Shown: positions 7,904 through 18,205 of the stretch, one piece after another | How the letters are laid out: every line of letters begins with the position of its first letter | Position numbering within the stretch: the stretch's first letter is position 1 | Origin: a virus | Virus record (IMG/VR): IMGVR_UViG_3300009008_002419 | Span: 29,804-93,803 of that record | Direction: 5' to 3' (one strand) | Length of the DNA stretch: 64,000 nt | Notes under the pieces: generated by a model | What the model was told of the DNA's origin: nothing | Databases searched by the model: none | What the model saw: only the letters and a program-made list of their open reading frames with translations | Program-made: the position numbers and the translations under genes

Positions 7904-10900
7904 TTATTCTATTGTGCAGGTATCTCCATCACAATACTTTTCACCTTCTGCTTCTGAGCTTATATTAGTAAAATCTATTGGTTTTACCTTTTTAACTACT
8001 TCGTTATAAGCTTCTTCTGAAATTGCCTCATAGGGTGCTTGCTCATAGCCATGCTCTGCTAAAGGTAGAAATGATACACTTTTCAAACGATCTTCATATA
8101 ACTCTAAAGCGTTCTGTATATCGTTGGCTTCATTTTCTTTAAATGTAACAGTAACGCTTACTGAATTATCAGACCAGTATTGCTGGTATTTAGCGGCATT
8201 TTCTAGTTGTTCCCATATTGATACATCATATTTAGATTTTTCAAAATACTTTTCTTTAACAGGAAATTCCACCACTTTTGTTGATCTTCCCGAGTCATAG
8301 ACATCATTCTCAACTTTGTACCCTGCTTTTTCTATTGCTGGAAGTAAAGGATCATTTACAGAAAAGCGGATGCGTCTTATATAAAATTCGGCTTCAGGAT
8401 AATGAATTCCTGGGGTAGCTTGTGGCAACAAGCTCACGGAACCACTAGGTTTAACTGTAGTTGTTTTAATACTCTTAGGAATTGCTAACCAGTCAGAGAA
8501 TTTCTTATCTAATTCTTGAATATAATTATAACCGTCGTTAGCCCATTGCAACATCGTTCGTCTACCGTGTTTATTGAAAGATTGAATAATACCACTTTGG
8601 CTTAATCCAATACGTCTGTTTTTAAGCATTCTAGCGTTTGTTTCTGGCCAATGGGTGTTTACTAAGGTAACACTCTTTCCGTACAGATATGCGAGTTTCA
8701 GGGTGTGTTTAAAGTCAGCATACGTATCATGTCTATGTGGGAAGGTTTCAACTAAATTGCAAAGTTCGCGATCTTCAAGGGTCTGTTCTCCACAATTCAA
8801 GTTATTGAAATATAACCACTTACGCTTATTATTTCTAGTTTTACCTTCAAAACCACCAATAAAAAAATTATGGAATTCATCTACAGTTCCATTGTACACA
8901 ACGTCATTACCAACCAATTCGACAGAAACCACTCTGTGATTAAATGTTTCTGCTGCTTCTCTCAAAGATTTCCAGGAAGTAAATGGACTGCTCTTTCGAC
9001 TAATTTCTGCACTAACTCCAAATTTTTTACAGGCAGTCTGCCATTCACTTTTTTGTGGAATACGCTTTAGATTAAACTTTAATTCTGTAAATATTTTAAG
9101 CTGTTTTAACCTAAGCTTTTCTCGTTTTTTGTCGTATGTGACTTTCATACCTTTTTTGCGATGTTCAATATGCTGTAAATTTATATTGCTTTGTTTTATA
9201 CTACAAAATTGGCACTGACTTTGCTCTCTTCGTTTGTACTCTAATATTAATCTTTTACTGCATTTTTCACAATTTTTAATGATCTTTACGTGACCATCTA
9301 TGATCTTGCAATTATATCCTTCATTAATCCATTTTTTGTAAGTTCGTACAGTACGTGGATCTAGGTTTGACATGTCTTCAAAATTACATTTTACTGCAGC
9401 CCATTTAGATAGTCCAAGAACTCCTCCTAAATGATCATTCCGCCATTTAGAAAATTGCTCAGGCAGATTGTTGGATTTTGCATATTCTTTCCACTCGTTG
9501 TTAGAAAATCGCCTCTCAATTTTTTTAGTAAGTTTTAATGCGTGCTGTTGTAACTCTTCATTAGTAACACCTGAGTAATTAGAGTTCTTTTCCCCACTGC
9601 TATTGACAGAGTGCTTTTCTTTGTACCTTGCCCATTTCTCTTCAGACCATTCTGTTTGCGCTCGACGCATAGGATTACTATTTCCTTGCATTGCAATTCC
9701 GTGTAATTTGTCATGATCTTTTTTTGTCATAATTTCAAGATTTAAAGGTCTATTATCTTCTGTATTAAAATTCTTATGATGAACAACGCACCCTTTTTTT
9801 ATTTTAGTATTACTATAGAATTCTGCTATTAGCCTGTGTTCACAATTACTTACAACTCCAGGAGTATTTAACCAAAAATAATTTGCGTTAGGATTATTTA
9901 TTGGTGCTGCGACTTTAGTAGTAACCTTTAAACTATCTCCAACTTTAAGGTTCCTAGTTTCAATATAGTTTCCATCAGTGGTTAAGAACTTATGATTCTC
10001 TGTTACCTTAAGTGTGTTTCCATCATCCAAAGTTATTTTGTAAATAGGTTCGTTTTCTCCAGTAATTCGTGGATTACGCATAGTGCGTATGACTATTTTT
10101 CCTTTGGCATCAAAACAAAATACAGGAACATCTTTACCTTCTTCAGTCAATGTTTTAATTGATACATTACCTCTTCCATCAGCGGTATAAACTAAAGTAT
10201 CTCCCGTAATACAAGGGTTTACACCCATACAATAACTGTCATCGTTTAGTTCTCCCATACGTCCATACTTACGAGCATTTTCTAACCACACATACCCAGG
10301 CTCACCTTGTTTAATAGTGTTAGCAACACATTGAGAATAATCCATTCCTACAGTCGCTGAAACAGAGTTATTTGAAGCATATCTATTAAATAAAAGTTTT
10401 TCTTGATCATGTTTTAATTCTAAATATTCGGTATCTAATGGATCACCAAGTGCTAATGAAGCTGAACGTCGTATGTTTCCAGCAATTACACATTTTGAAA
10501 TATAAGTTTCAATATCAACAATATCACTCGAAGTTAAAAGTTCGTCTATACGTGAATTGAGTAATGTTTTGATATTTTGATGTAAATCTATTAAAGGTTG
10601 TGGACCACTTGCAGTTCCCCCAAAACCTTTAATAGGTTCTCCGAACGGTCTAATTTTTGAATAGTCAAATTTAGGTATTGACGTTCCTGTAAAATAACCA
10701 TTTAACACTAATCCTACTGACTCTACCCAACCTTCTCTGGAATCTGGAATTTCAAATACTAATCCATTCGTTTCTTTCGGCTCTTTTATTTTTAATTTAT
10801 TTGCTCCTAAGGTATCAAACCCTACACCAACTCCTAACATTAAAGCATCGGTTATAAATTCAAAAATTTCACTGCCTCGTTCATTAATCTGTTCTGTAGA

Positions 10901-11281
10901 AGCAAATGCACAATTTAGAAGTCCAGCCCCAGAACGTCCAGTTACATAATCTGTGCCCATCATCCAAAGATTTCTTCCACTTGGAAGAAATTTAAAATTC
11001 CAGATAGCATCGTACATTGCTTGGGCTGTTCGTTGTGACCTTGGATTATCCCAACGTAACCCATTTTTTGCTACATGTTCTTTTTGAATATTGAATACGC
11101 CCTCGACTACACGTTTTACTGTTTCCCAGAACTCTTCTGTGGTACCATCTTCTTTACGTCTTGCGTAAGTTCGTTTATAAACTATATAACCAAGCGGACC
11201 CCATTCAGGTTGCTTATTTTTATAGTTTTCAAGAAACTGATCAGACAGGTAAAATCGTCTATGTGTTGTCGGTTGAACCAA
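7904..11281 (-). CDS. nrdJ: Class II (adenosylcobalamin-dependent) ribonucleotide reductase, intein-containing
   Basis: VYKRTYAR, PSGRNLW, LNCAF, GNIRRSA, NP|CGEQ, LCNLVE, TTVKPSGSVS, C-terminal CDGDTC cysteine pair. Confidence 0.95.
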   Translation of the reverse strand: MVQPTTHRRFYLSDQFLENYKNKQPEWGPLGYIVYKRTYARRKEDGTTEEFWETVKRVVEGVFNIQKEHVAKNGLRWDNPRSQRTAQAMYDAIWNFKFLPSGRNLWMMGTDYVTGRSGAGLLNCAFASTEQINERGSEIFEFITDALMLGVGVGFDTLGANKLKIKEPKETNGLVFEIPDSREGWVESVGLVLNGYFTGTSIPKFDYSKIRPFGEPIKGFGGTASGPQPLIDLHQNIKTLLNSRIDELLTSSDIVDIETYISKCVIAGNIRRSASLALGDPLDTEYLELKHDQEKLLFNRYASNNSVSATVGMDYSQCVANTIKQGEPGYVWLENARKYGRMGELNDDSYCMGVNPCITGDTLVYTADGRGNVSIKTLTEEGKDVPVFCFDAKGKIVIRTMRNPRITGENEPIYKITLDDGNTLKVTENHKFLTTDGNYIETRNLKVGDSLKVTTKVAAPINNPNANYFWLNTPGVVSNCEHRLIAEFYSNTKIKKGCVVHHKNFNTEDNRPLNLEIMTKKDHDKLHGIAMQGNSNPMRRAQTEWSEEKWARYKEKHSVNSSGEKNSNYSGVTNEELQQHALKLTKKIERRFSNNEWKEYAKSNNLPEQFSKWRNDHLGGVLGLSKWAAVKCNFEDMSNLDPRTVRTYKKWINEGYNCKIIDGHVKIIKNCEKCSKRLILEYKRREQSQCQFCSIKQSNINLQHIEHRKKGMKVTYDKKREKLRLKQLKIFTELKFNLKRIPQKSEWQTACKKFGVSAEISRKSSPFTSWKSLREAAETFNHRVVSVELVGNDVVYNGTVDEFHNFFIGGFEGKTRNNKRKWLYFNNLNCGEQTLEDRELCNLVETFPHRHDTYADFKHTLKLAYLYGKSVTLVNTHWPETNARMLKNRRIGLSQSGIIQSFNKHGRRTMLQWANDGYNYIQELDKKFSDWLAIPKSIKTTTVKPSGSVSLLPQATPGIHYPEAEFYIRRIRFSVNDPLLPAIEKAGYKVENDVYDSGRSTKVVEFPVKEKYFEKSKYDVSIWEQLENAAKYQQYWSDNSVSVTVTFKENEANDIQNALELYEDRLKSVSFLPLAEHGYEQAPYEAISEEAYNEVVKKVKPIDFTNISSEAEGEKYCDGDTCTIE
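8795..10213 (-). mobile_element. Intein (473 aa) with HNH homing endonuclease, inserted at the RNR active-site cysteine
   Basis: Starts CITGDT after NP; block B VTENHKF; block F VYNGTVDEFHNF; ends FNNLN before Cys+1; internal EHRLIAE...VHHKNFNTEDNRPLNL HNH. Confidence 0.92.
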
Positions 11282-11699
11282 ATCCTTGTGCCTCTCTTTC
11301 AGATTTCTTTAAATTTGATACTCGTAAGAGATCAAATTCAGGAACAGGTAAAATAACCATCTGCGCTATCTTATCTCCCTTTTTAATGTCAATTGGATAA
11401 TTACTGGTATTTGACATGATAATCATAATTTCACCACGATAGCCTGCATCAATAACACCTGCTTTTACAATAAGCTCGTTTCTGGAAGCTACTCCACTTC
11501 TATCGAAAATTTTTCCAAAGTAACCCACAGGAATTTCAAAGGCGACATCTGTGTGAACTTGGCGTCTAGTTCTTCCAGGAATTTTAACATCGCGGGAAAC
11601 GTACAGGTCAATTCCCGCGTCTCCATCGTATGCGCGAGTAGGTTCGGTGGCTGTCTTTTTATCCAGTAATTTATATTTTACTTGTAATTTTTCTGGCAT
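11259..11699 (-). CDS. dut: Trimeric dUTPase
   Basis: AGIDL, RSG, GVIDAGYRGEI, IAQMV and REAQGFGST motifs. Confidence 0.96.
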   Translation of the reverse strand: MPEKLQVKYKLLDKKTATEPTRAYDGDAGIDLYVSRDVKIPGRTRRQVHTDVAFEIPVGYFGKIFDRSGVASRNELIVKAGVIDAGYRGEIMIIMSNTSNYPIDIKKGDKIAQMVILPVPEFDLLRVSNLKKSEREAQGFGSTDNT

Positions 11700-11953
11700 T
11701 ATTTATTCATTATGGTTGTAAGTACAATAGTATTAATAGGTATGTATGTTGGGAACATGACATTTATTGCTTCTAACTGGTCTGCATAGTCTTCACCGTA
11801 TGCTTTAATCTCGTCGTCAGTTAATGGTAACAGCTCTAAAATGTGTTCAGTTATTCCTTCGCCAACTTTACCAGCTAAAGTAAAATTGAGCTCAGGTCCG
11901 CTATCAGTAAATACCTGGATTTTATAGCCAGGCTTAATTTCAGGAATTATCAT
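11699..11953 (-). CDS. Hypothetical protein
   Basis: 84-aa ORF overlapping both neighbours in operon fashion. Confidence 0.65.
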   Translation of the reverse strand: MIIPEIKPGYKIQVFTDSGPELNFTLAGKVGEGITEHILELLPLTDDEIKAYGEDYADQLEAINVMFPTYIPINTIVLTTIMNK

Positions 11954-12404
11954 CTATTATTTTCTCCATATAATTATCAATATCCACAAGCCATTCTTTT
12001 TTAAATTCACTTAATGGTATTGATTTTCGTGTTTCTTCAAACATGTATCGATGTACAAGTGAAATAGGTGTTATAAATGCTTTGTTTTCATAGACTTTTT
12101 TAAAATGTATTAGGAAGAAAGCAATACCACCAAGATCTTCTACTAATTCAAGATAATGTAGTTGATGTTGGTGGATATTTTTTAAAGGAAACGAAGTTTT
12201 ATTTTGGGTCTCTTTTGCATCATATGCGACAAATTTTCCGCCTGCAATTAAACCCGTAAAATCTACGGTTGACGAGCTAGCTATGAGCCCTTTCTTTGTT
12301 AATATTATAGGCGTTGCTACCTTAAGAATCAAGGCTTTTTTATCTTTTCTGTAAGAAAAATTTGCTTTATTAGCGCGCTTTTCGAGTTCGTTTCCGCCGG
12401 GCAT
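11940..12404 (-). CDS. recU: RecU-family Holliday junction resolvase
   Basis: STVDFTG...VAYDAKETQNKTSFPLKNIHQHQ...GGIAFFLIHF. Confidence 0.9.
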   Translation of the reverse strand: MPGGNELEKRANKANFSYRKDKKALILKVATPIILTKKGLIASSSTVDFTGLIAGGKFVAYDAKETQNKTSFPLKNIHQHQLHYLELVEDLGGIAFFLIHFKKVYENKAFITPISLVHRYMFEETRKSIPLSEFKKEWLVDIDNYMEKIIDDNS

Positions 12405-12406
12405 AA

Positions 12407-13201
12407 TTATTTCAAATCAAGTAATAGGGTTTCAATTTCATTAAATACTCGTTTAACGGGCGGTTGCCAGTCATGGTCGCCTACAAATACTACAGGTGTG
12501 TTTAAGGGATTCCAGACTTTCTCGTACCGAGCTTTATTATCAATCGCCCATCCATGCTGTTGAGCCCATACAATATGAGGTATGCCACATAAGCTGCCAA
12601 GATGCATAGGTCCACTTGACGGTCCAATAAGTAGACTACTACTAGCAAGGATATTAGTTAATTCTTCTAAGGCTAAACCACGAAGATCTGTAGTTCTCCT
12701 CATGTGTAAAGATGCATTTGGGGAACCTATACATCCAATACTTAGCTCTTGCCCATAATGATCTTTGAGTTGATTAATTAAATTTTCCCAATTTTCTTTA
12801 GGCCAGTTTCTAACATCTGTTTGGTGTTTACTCGTTGATCTTGCATGGATTAGAAGGTCGTAGTGAAGTTCGTTTGAGAGGTGACCATAGTTAACAAATT
12901 CATGTTTTTGTGTCCTATATGAATCTGGAGAAATCCACAGGTCTCTTTTACCTATAAATTTCTTATGAATATTATCATATTCATAACCATGTAGTCTATG
13001 CATATCAGTTTGTGTTTGCTCAGGATCGTTAGGAATAAACTGAGTCATAAAATCCTGATAAAGAACTTCATGACCACTGTGACTAGAAATAATAATTTCA
13101 TCATAATATTTTTGTCTGGCCATATGTCTCACATAACCCTGAAATCCAAATAATTCCCACCCAAATTCTCCTATCCAGGGACCTGCAAAAAGTTTAGCCA
13201 C
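12407..13201 (-). CDS. GT9-like (heptosyltransferase-fold) glycosyltransferase
   Basis: RNWPKENW, DLRGLALEEL, LLIGPSSGPMHLGSLCGIPHI. Probable GTG start at 13201 overlapping the upstream stop. Confidence 0.8.
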   Translation of the reverse strand: MAKLFAGPWIGEFGWELFGFQGYVRHMARQKYYDEIIISSHSGHEVLYQDFMTQFIPNDPEQTQTDMHRLHGYEYDNIHKKFIGKRDLWISPDSYRTQKHEFVNYGHLSNELHYDLLIHARSTSKHQTDVRNWPKENWENLINQLKDHYGQELSIGCIGSPNASLHMRRTTDLRGLALEELTNILASSSLLIGPSSGPMHLGSLCGIPHIVWAQQHGWAIDNKARYEKVWNPLNTPVVFVGDHDWQPPVKRVFNEIETLLLDLK

Positions 13202-14340
13202 TACCAGCCTTCCTTCATGATAGATACAATAAATTCTCTTTGTTCTTTTGTTACCCACCAGCCAACAGGAATTGAAATTAATTTTTGTTGAACTTCATTT
13301 AAATTGGGTAATAAGGTTTTGAAGTTACTAACACAAGAATGTATATCATTTCTTTCGTGTACTTGACTTACCATAATATTATTTTGTTTCATTTTAAGCA
13401 TAAAGTCAGTTTTCCTTTCTACTAACAGGCTATACAACCAAAAGGAAGAATTCATAGTTGAGTTGCGCTCTAATAAAGTTACATCTTTTATGCCTACTAA
13501 TTCCTTATCATAGAAAGCTGCATTATTTCTTTGTTTATTAACAATCTCATCTAAATGTTTAAAGTTTTCTTTCCCTATTGAGGCATTTACATCATTCATG
13601 TGAAATTTAAAACCCCATTCTGAAATATCTTCTTCACATCTAAAATCTTTTCGATTTGAGTCACGATTAATACCATACCACCTAAGTAATTTGGCTCGCT
13701 TATGATATTCAAGGGTAGGTGAAATAAGAATTCCTCCATCAACTGCAGTTATATGCTTTATTGCTTGTAGACTGAAAGTACAAAAATTGTTATGGCTATA
13801 TCCTAAGGGTTCTCCTTTATAGGTACTTCCCATTGCGTGAGCGCAATCTTCAATAACCATGGGTCTAAAACCAAAGGTTACTTGTGCTCGATTTTGTATA
13901 TCTACAATTTTGTCTAAGTCAATGGGGTACCCTCCCCAATGAACCACGAATATAACTTTCGTATGCTTAGTTATTTTTCGTTCTAAATCAGTAAGATCCA
14001 TATTTAAATTATTCTTATCAATATCAACCCATTTAATGTTTAAGTTATTTGCTAGAACTGGCCAGTTTGTTGCAGTACATGTTAGTGGGGTACATAGAAC
14101 TTCATCACCTTCTTGTAATCCTGGCCAAGTACTACTCTCTCTTTTAAGTAGATGAAGGGCTAGATGTTCAGCGGAGGTTGCTGCATTAGTTGTAGCTACT
14201 AAATTATTTTTGAAGTGTTTTTTTAAATCAGCTTCAAATTCTTTTACTATAGGGCCTTGCCCTATAAACCCACTTCGTAAAACGTTTGCGGATGCTTCAA
14301 TTGCCGCCTCTGACATATAAACTTTAAAAAGTGGTATCAT
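13201..14340 (-). CDS. DegT/DnrJ/EryC1/StrS PLP-dependent sugar aminotransferase
   Basis: VHWGGYP, IEDCAHAMG, FSLQAIKHITAVDGG, GFKFHMND. Confidence 0.93.
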   Translation of the reverse strand: MIPLFKVYMSEAAIEASANVLRSGFIGQGPIVKEFEADLKKHFKNNLVATTNAATSAEHLALHLLKRESSTWPGLQEGDEVLCTPLTCTATNWPVLANNLNIKWVDIDKNNLNMDLTDLERKITKHTKVIFVVHWGGYPIDLDKIVDIQNRAQVTFGFRPMVIEDCAHAMGSTYKGEPLGYSHNNFCTFSLQAIKHITAVDGGILISPTLEYHKRAKLLRWYGINRDSNRKDFRCEEDISEWGFKFHMNDVNASIGKENFKHLDEIVNKQRNNAAFYDKELVGIKDVTLLERNSTMNSSFWLYSLLVERKTDFMLKMKQNNIMVSQVHERNDIHSCVSNFKTLLPNLNEVQQKLISIPVGWWVTKEQREFIVSIMKEGW

Positions 14341-15065
14341 TTTAAATCCTTAATTTTAGTTAAGTCCATACGAATATCACATGGAATATATTCAGTCGCT
14401 GTCTTCCGCGACACAGATTTTATATTTGGTTTACTTGCTTTAGCAAATTCATACACAGTTTTGTAATTTGATGATCCTAGATTGATAATCCCCTCTTCAT
14501 TATTTTTAATTAGTTGAATAATAATGGGTGCAGCCTCATCTACATAAATAGACGATTTTTGAAAATCAAAAAAAGCTTGATCATGTCTAAAGGGTCTTGG
14601 ATAATGTGCACTGCGAATTATAAGATGTTTGGGCACAGCTCTTACCGAACACTCTCCGCCTAATTTAGACCAAGCGTAATCATTTATAGGCAATAGAGGA
14701 TCGGTTTCCTTGTAGGGGCCCTTAGTTCCAGGGTATACATAATCAGTTGATATGTATATTAATTTGATATTATATTGAATACAAGTTAGCGCTAAATTTG
14801 CAGTTGCAATTATGTTTGTTTGAATACTAATTTCTGGAGAAATTGTGTGTTGTTTCATAGGCGCAGTCAACGCTGCAGTATGTAAAACAATGTCTGGAAT
14901 ATTAAGTTTAATGTGTGACTGTAATGCAATGTTATCTGTAATGTCTAAATCATTTTTTGGAACAAATTTAAAAGCAACGTTTTGATCATTTAGTTTTTTT
15001 AATTCTGTAGCTAGTAGTCCATTTCCACCAGTTACTAGCACTCTTATTTGTTTTCTGTTGTCCAT
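14337..15065 (-). CDS. rmlD: RmlD-like NDP-4-keto-sugar reductase
   Basis: VTGGNGLL, YISTDYVY, YAWSKLGGE. Confidence 0.88.
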   Translation of the reverse strand: MDNRKQIRVLVTGGNGLLATELKKLNDQNVAFKFVPKNDLDITDNIALQSHIKLNIPDIVLHTAALTAPMKQHTISPEISIQTNIIATANLALTCIQYNIKLIYISTDYVYPGTKGPYKETDPLLPINDYAWSKLGGECSVRAVPKHLIIRSAHYPRPFRHDQAFFDFQKSSIYVDEAAPIIIQLIKNNEEGIINLGSSNYKTVYEFAKASKPNIKSVSRKTATEYIPCDIRMDLTKIKDLK

Positions 15066-15460
15066 GTTTCTTCAAAATCTCCTGGCTTGGCTCTGTGTTC
15101 ATCATTCGGATCATATTTATGGTCTACACCATATAATAGAATAGATCCTGGTTCTAGAGCCATGTATCCATGCCAGGTCTCTGGTGGAATTTTTAAAACT
15201 TTCATATTTTTATCAGATAGGTATTCAAATTTCACTGGTGCTGAGTTATTCTGAGATTTTCGTTCAATTTGGTGATCTTTTAGACCCACCTTAAAGGAAC
15301 CTTTTATACAAACCCAATAATCGGTTTGATGGCTATGTTTGTGCCATGCTACGACGTGATTAGTTTTATTAACATATGATAAATTAATTTGCCAGTTTTC
15401 ATTTAATTCTGGAAAAATATTTATCAGTCGTTGTGCTCTATCGTCTTCGTGAAAAATCAT
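15044..15460 (-). CDS. RmlC-like cupin (sugar epimerase/isomerase)
   Basis: FHEDDR, AWHKHSHQTDYW, LKIPPETWHGY, YDPNDE. Confidence 0.85.
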   Translation of the reverse strand: MIFHEDDRAQRLINIFPELNENWQINLSYVNKTNHVVAWHKHSHQTDYWVCIKGSFKVGLKDHQIERKSQNNSAPVKFEYLSDKNMKVLKIPPETWHGYMALEPGSILLYGVDHKYDPNDEHRAKPGDFEETWTTENK

Positions 15461-16650
15461 ATAATAAATCTTACATTAGGTGTATGTGTTATAAAAGCCC
15501 CACCTTTATGAATAAACTCTTTTTCATTTTTAATAATTTCGTCTAAAAAATTCCAAGCCCCTAAAAATGCAATGTCTGCATTATTGACTAGGTCTTTACT
15601 ATAGGATTTTATAGGAATATGTGTACCAGGAGCAAATTTATCAACTTTTTCTGGGGTAGTATCTAAAATATAATCAATTAAAGTTTTGTCTATTCCACAA
15701 AAATTAAATACAGTAGCACTTTTTGCTGTTGCTCCGTATGAAATGATTGTTTTCCCTTGTTTTTTATACTCCTTAAGCATACTCATTAGTATATTTTTAT
15801 TTGCTTCTACTGATGAAGCAAATGCTCTTAAAGCGTCTAGCTGAAGAACTCCTGCTTCCAGATCCAACACTTGTTGAACTAGGGGACTAATTTGTTTAGT
15901 GCCAATATGCCCAATGTATACTCTATTTGATCCACCATGGATATGCGGTAGCCGCTGCACATTAAAAATTTCTAATCCACTGCCTTGTAATAAATTGTGA
16001 ATTGCAGTAATAGAGAATACAGTTGGGTGTTCATCATAAAATTGATCATATGAATTTCTCTTTAAAACTTCAATTAAAGAAGGGTCTTCTAGTATAAAAA
16101 TTCCGTCTTTATGGAGTATCGTTGAAATGGCCTTAAATGCTTCTTTTATTGTGGGAATATGTGAGAAAGTGTTAGATGAAAAAATCTTTGGTATTCTTCC
16201 ATGTTCTTCCAGTAGTTTTTGTGCTAAATCATTTGTCCAAAACTCAGCGTAAGTTTTGTACCCTTTGTTGTTAGTTTCTTTAGCAAAATTTTTACAAGGT
16301 TCAATTGCAATTGAAGTACTAGAGTCAAAATTAAATAGTAGAGTACCATCATTACTTCCGATTTCTAAAAAATTTATACCTTTAAACTTTGGCGGGGTAG
16401 GTAACAGCTTAATTGAGTTTGCAGCACTTTGTAAATGCTGTGTAAAAGTTTTTGATAGTCCAGCACGATAAGGATATTTTTCATTAAACATAGTTTCTGG
16501 ATCTATGTTCATTGCTGTTGTAGTAACTTCTTTAGTCTCATCATCAAAAAATAATCTTAAATTATATAGAGTTTCTTTGTCGGTTGGGCTAGTTAGTAAA
16601 TTATTGGCTAATGGTTGTGCACCTAAGTTAAGGAATTCTACTTTTGCCAA
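15457..16650 (-). CDS. NDP-hexose C-methyltransferase (SAM-dependent)
   Basis: LGAQPLAN, LEIGSNDG, YDQFYDEH, HGGSNR, YGATAK, PGTHIPI, LGAWNF. Confidence 0.92.
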   Translation of the reverse strand: MAKVEFLNLGAQPLANNLLTSPTDKETLYNLRLFFDDETKEVTTTAMNIDPETMFNEKYPYRAGLSKTFTQHLQSAANSIKLLPTPPKFKGINFLEIGSNDGTLLFNFDSSTSIAIEPCKNFAKETNNKGYKTYAEFWTNDLAQKLLEEHGRIPKIFSSNTFSHIPTIKEAFKAISTILHKDGIFILEDPSLIEVLKRNSYDQFYDEHPTVFSITAIHNLLQGSGLEIFNVQRLPHIHGGSNRVYIGHIGTKQISPLVQQVLDLEAGVLQLDALRAFASSVEANKNILMSMLKEYKKQGKTIISYGATAKSATVFNFCGIDKTLIDYILDTTPEKVDKFAPGTHIPIKSYSKDLVNNADIAFLGAWNFLDEIIKNEKEFIHKGGAFITHTPNVRFII

Positions 16651-17426
16651 TGCTGTCCTCGCTTTATATAGTTAGTGTTAAAATCAGTACAGGATATTTG
16701 ATATAGTTTTTGAAATAAAGTTTCCCTATGCTGTCTATGTTTATTATAATTAGTTAGTTTACTTGTGGTGCTTTGCTGTAAATGATAGATTAAACTATTA
16801 GGGGAATTAACAAATAATCTACACCCTACATCCCAAAAACGTTTCGCTAAACCTTCTTCACTTCCGATGGCGAGACCAAACCGTTCATCATAACCACCAA
16901 CTTTTTTCCAGTATTTAGTTGGCAACAGACAAGGTAGTGCAGTGCTATATAAATCTGGGACAGTGTTTAAAAATTTGGGGTAATCTATCAAAAGTCTTTC
17001 TTCCTGAAAATCGTTTGGGGTCCTTCCGTAATCTTCATTTCCTATTGTCCACGGGGCTTGGCCTATAGGTTCAATCATTGTTGAGTTTATCCAGAATTTG
17101 TCATCGTTTATTTGTTTTACAGTGTTAAAAAGTTCGATGTCCCATTTAGGTAATAAATACATATCATCATCAACTAAGTAAATAAAATCAGAAGTGGCTA
17201 ATTGGCTTACTGTATTTGTACCTACGGCTAGTCCTTCGTTTTTTGAACTGTAAGAATAATTTTGAATTTTATTATCTGTGATCCAATCTAAAAATTCTTC
17301 TGAAACTTCGTTAACATGTATGTTAATTTCGTGCTCAATTGCACTATTCTTTTGGATACTACTCACTAATAACTTTGTCTGTTCTAAACTATTCCAACTA
17401 CAAATTAAAATACTAATTGATTCCAT
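16638..17426 (-). CDS. GT2 glycosyltransferase
   Basis: ISILICSWN, NEGLAVGTN, YLVDDDM, VGGYDERF, IYHL. Confidence 0.9.
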   Translation of the reverse strand: MESISILICSWNSLEQTKLLVSSIQKNSAIEHEINIHVNEVSEEFLDWITDNKIQNYSYSSKNEGLAVGTNTVSQLATSDFIYLVDDDMYLLPKWDIELFNTVKQINDDKFWINSTMIEPIGQAPWTIGNEDYGRTPNDFQEERLLIDYPKFLNTVPDLYSTALPCLLPTKYWKKVGGYDERFGLAIGSEEGLAKRFWDVGCRLFVNSPNSLIYHLQQSTTSKLTNYNKHRQHRETLFQKLYQISCTDFNTNYIKRGQHWQK

Positions 17427-18205
17427 TAGTTTATTTCCTCATAGTATAGACCATCGTTTAAAGCATTGGAGGCTATACACCTGTTTTTTGCTACAATAGC
17501 TAACTTTGAAGCTATATCCCATTCCCTGCCAATATAGACTTTCGAAAGATTTAATCGTTCTTGGTCACTTATTGTATCTAAATCTGTATTTTCGGCATCA
17601 TATAAAATTTTGGCCTTCTTTTTCCGCCCATTGTCGCTATCATACCAAATATCCTTTAATCCAGTTAAAGTAGCATGATTAATAAAATAATATTGACCAT
17701 GAATGTGTACCTCATCTCTATTAAATTGGCTATACAATAAAATGTCATCATTATTTGGATGACCTGTTTTTAATTTCATTGTTAAACCGTAGGCTAAAGG
17801 TTTAGTAATTTCTGTAAATCGGGATAGTATATTTAAAGCCCACTTAGGCTTTGTAGGATAAACTACATCATCGATCTGAAATAAAAATAAATCAAAGTTA
17901 TCCATTAAAGTCTGATCAGTATTCATTAAATATTTCATTGATGCAAGCCAGCATCCTATATTAGGTATCTGTCTAAAGTGCCAATTTTCTTTTGTTATAA
18001 ACGTTTGTACCCACGATAAATACTCTGGGTGCTTGCTGCCTGTGTCCATAATAAAATATTCTGTATCAACACCTGAGTTGTTAATATCATGTTGCTCACA
18101 ACTAAGTTTAAATTTAGAAAAAAAATCATCTATTGTTGGATTATTCTCAGGGCGTTTAGATCGTTCTGATATATTGGTGGTTATAAATACGCCTAGTTTA
18201 CTCAT
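17426..18205 (-). CDS. Putative GT-A fold glycosyltransferase (paralogue of 18803-19627)
   Basis: IMDTGS, IPNIG and FQIDD motifs shared with the paralogue. Confidence 0.6.
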   Translation of the reverse strand: MSKLGVFITTNISERSKRPENNPTIDDFFSKFKLSCEQHDINNSGVDTEYFIMDTGSKHPEYLSWVQTFITKENWHFRQIPNIGCWLASMKYLMNTDQTLMDNFDLFLFQIDDVVYPTKPKWALNILSRFTEITKPLAYGLTMKLKTGHPNNDDILLYSQFNRDEVHIHGQYYFINHATLTGLKDIWYDSDNGRKKKAKILYDAENTDLDTISDQERLNLSKVYIGREWDIASKLAIVAKNRCIASNALNDGLYYEEIN

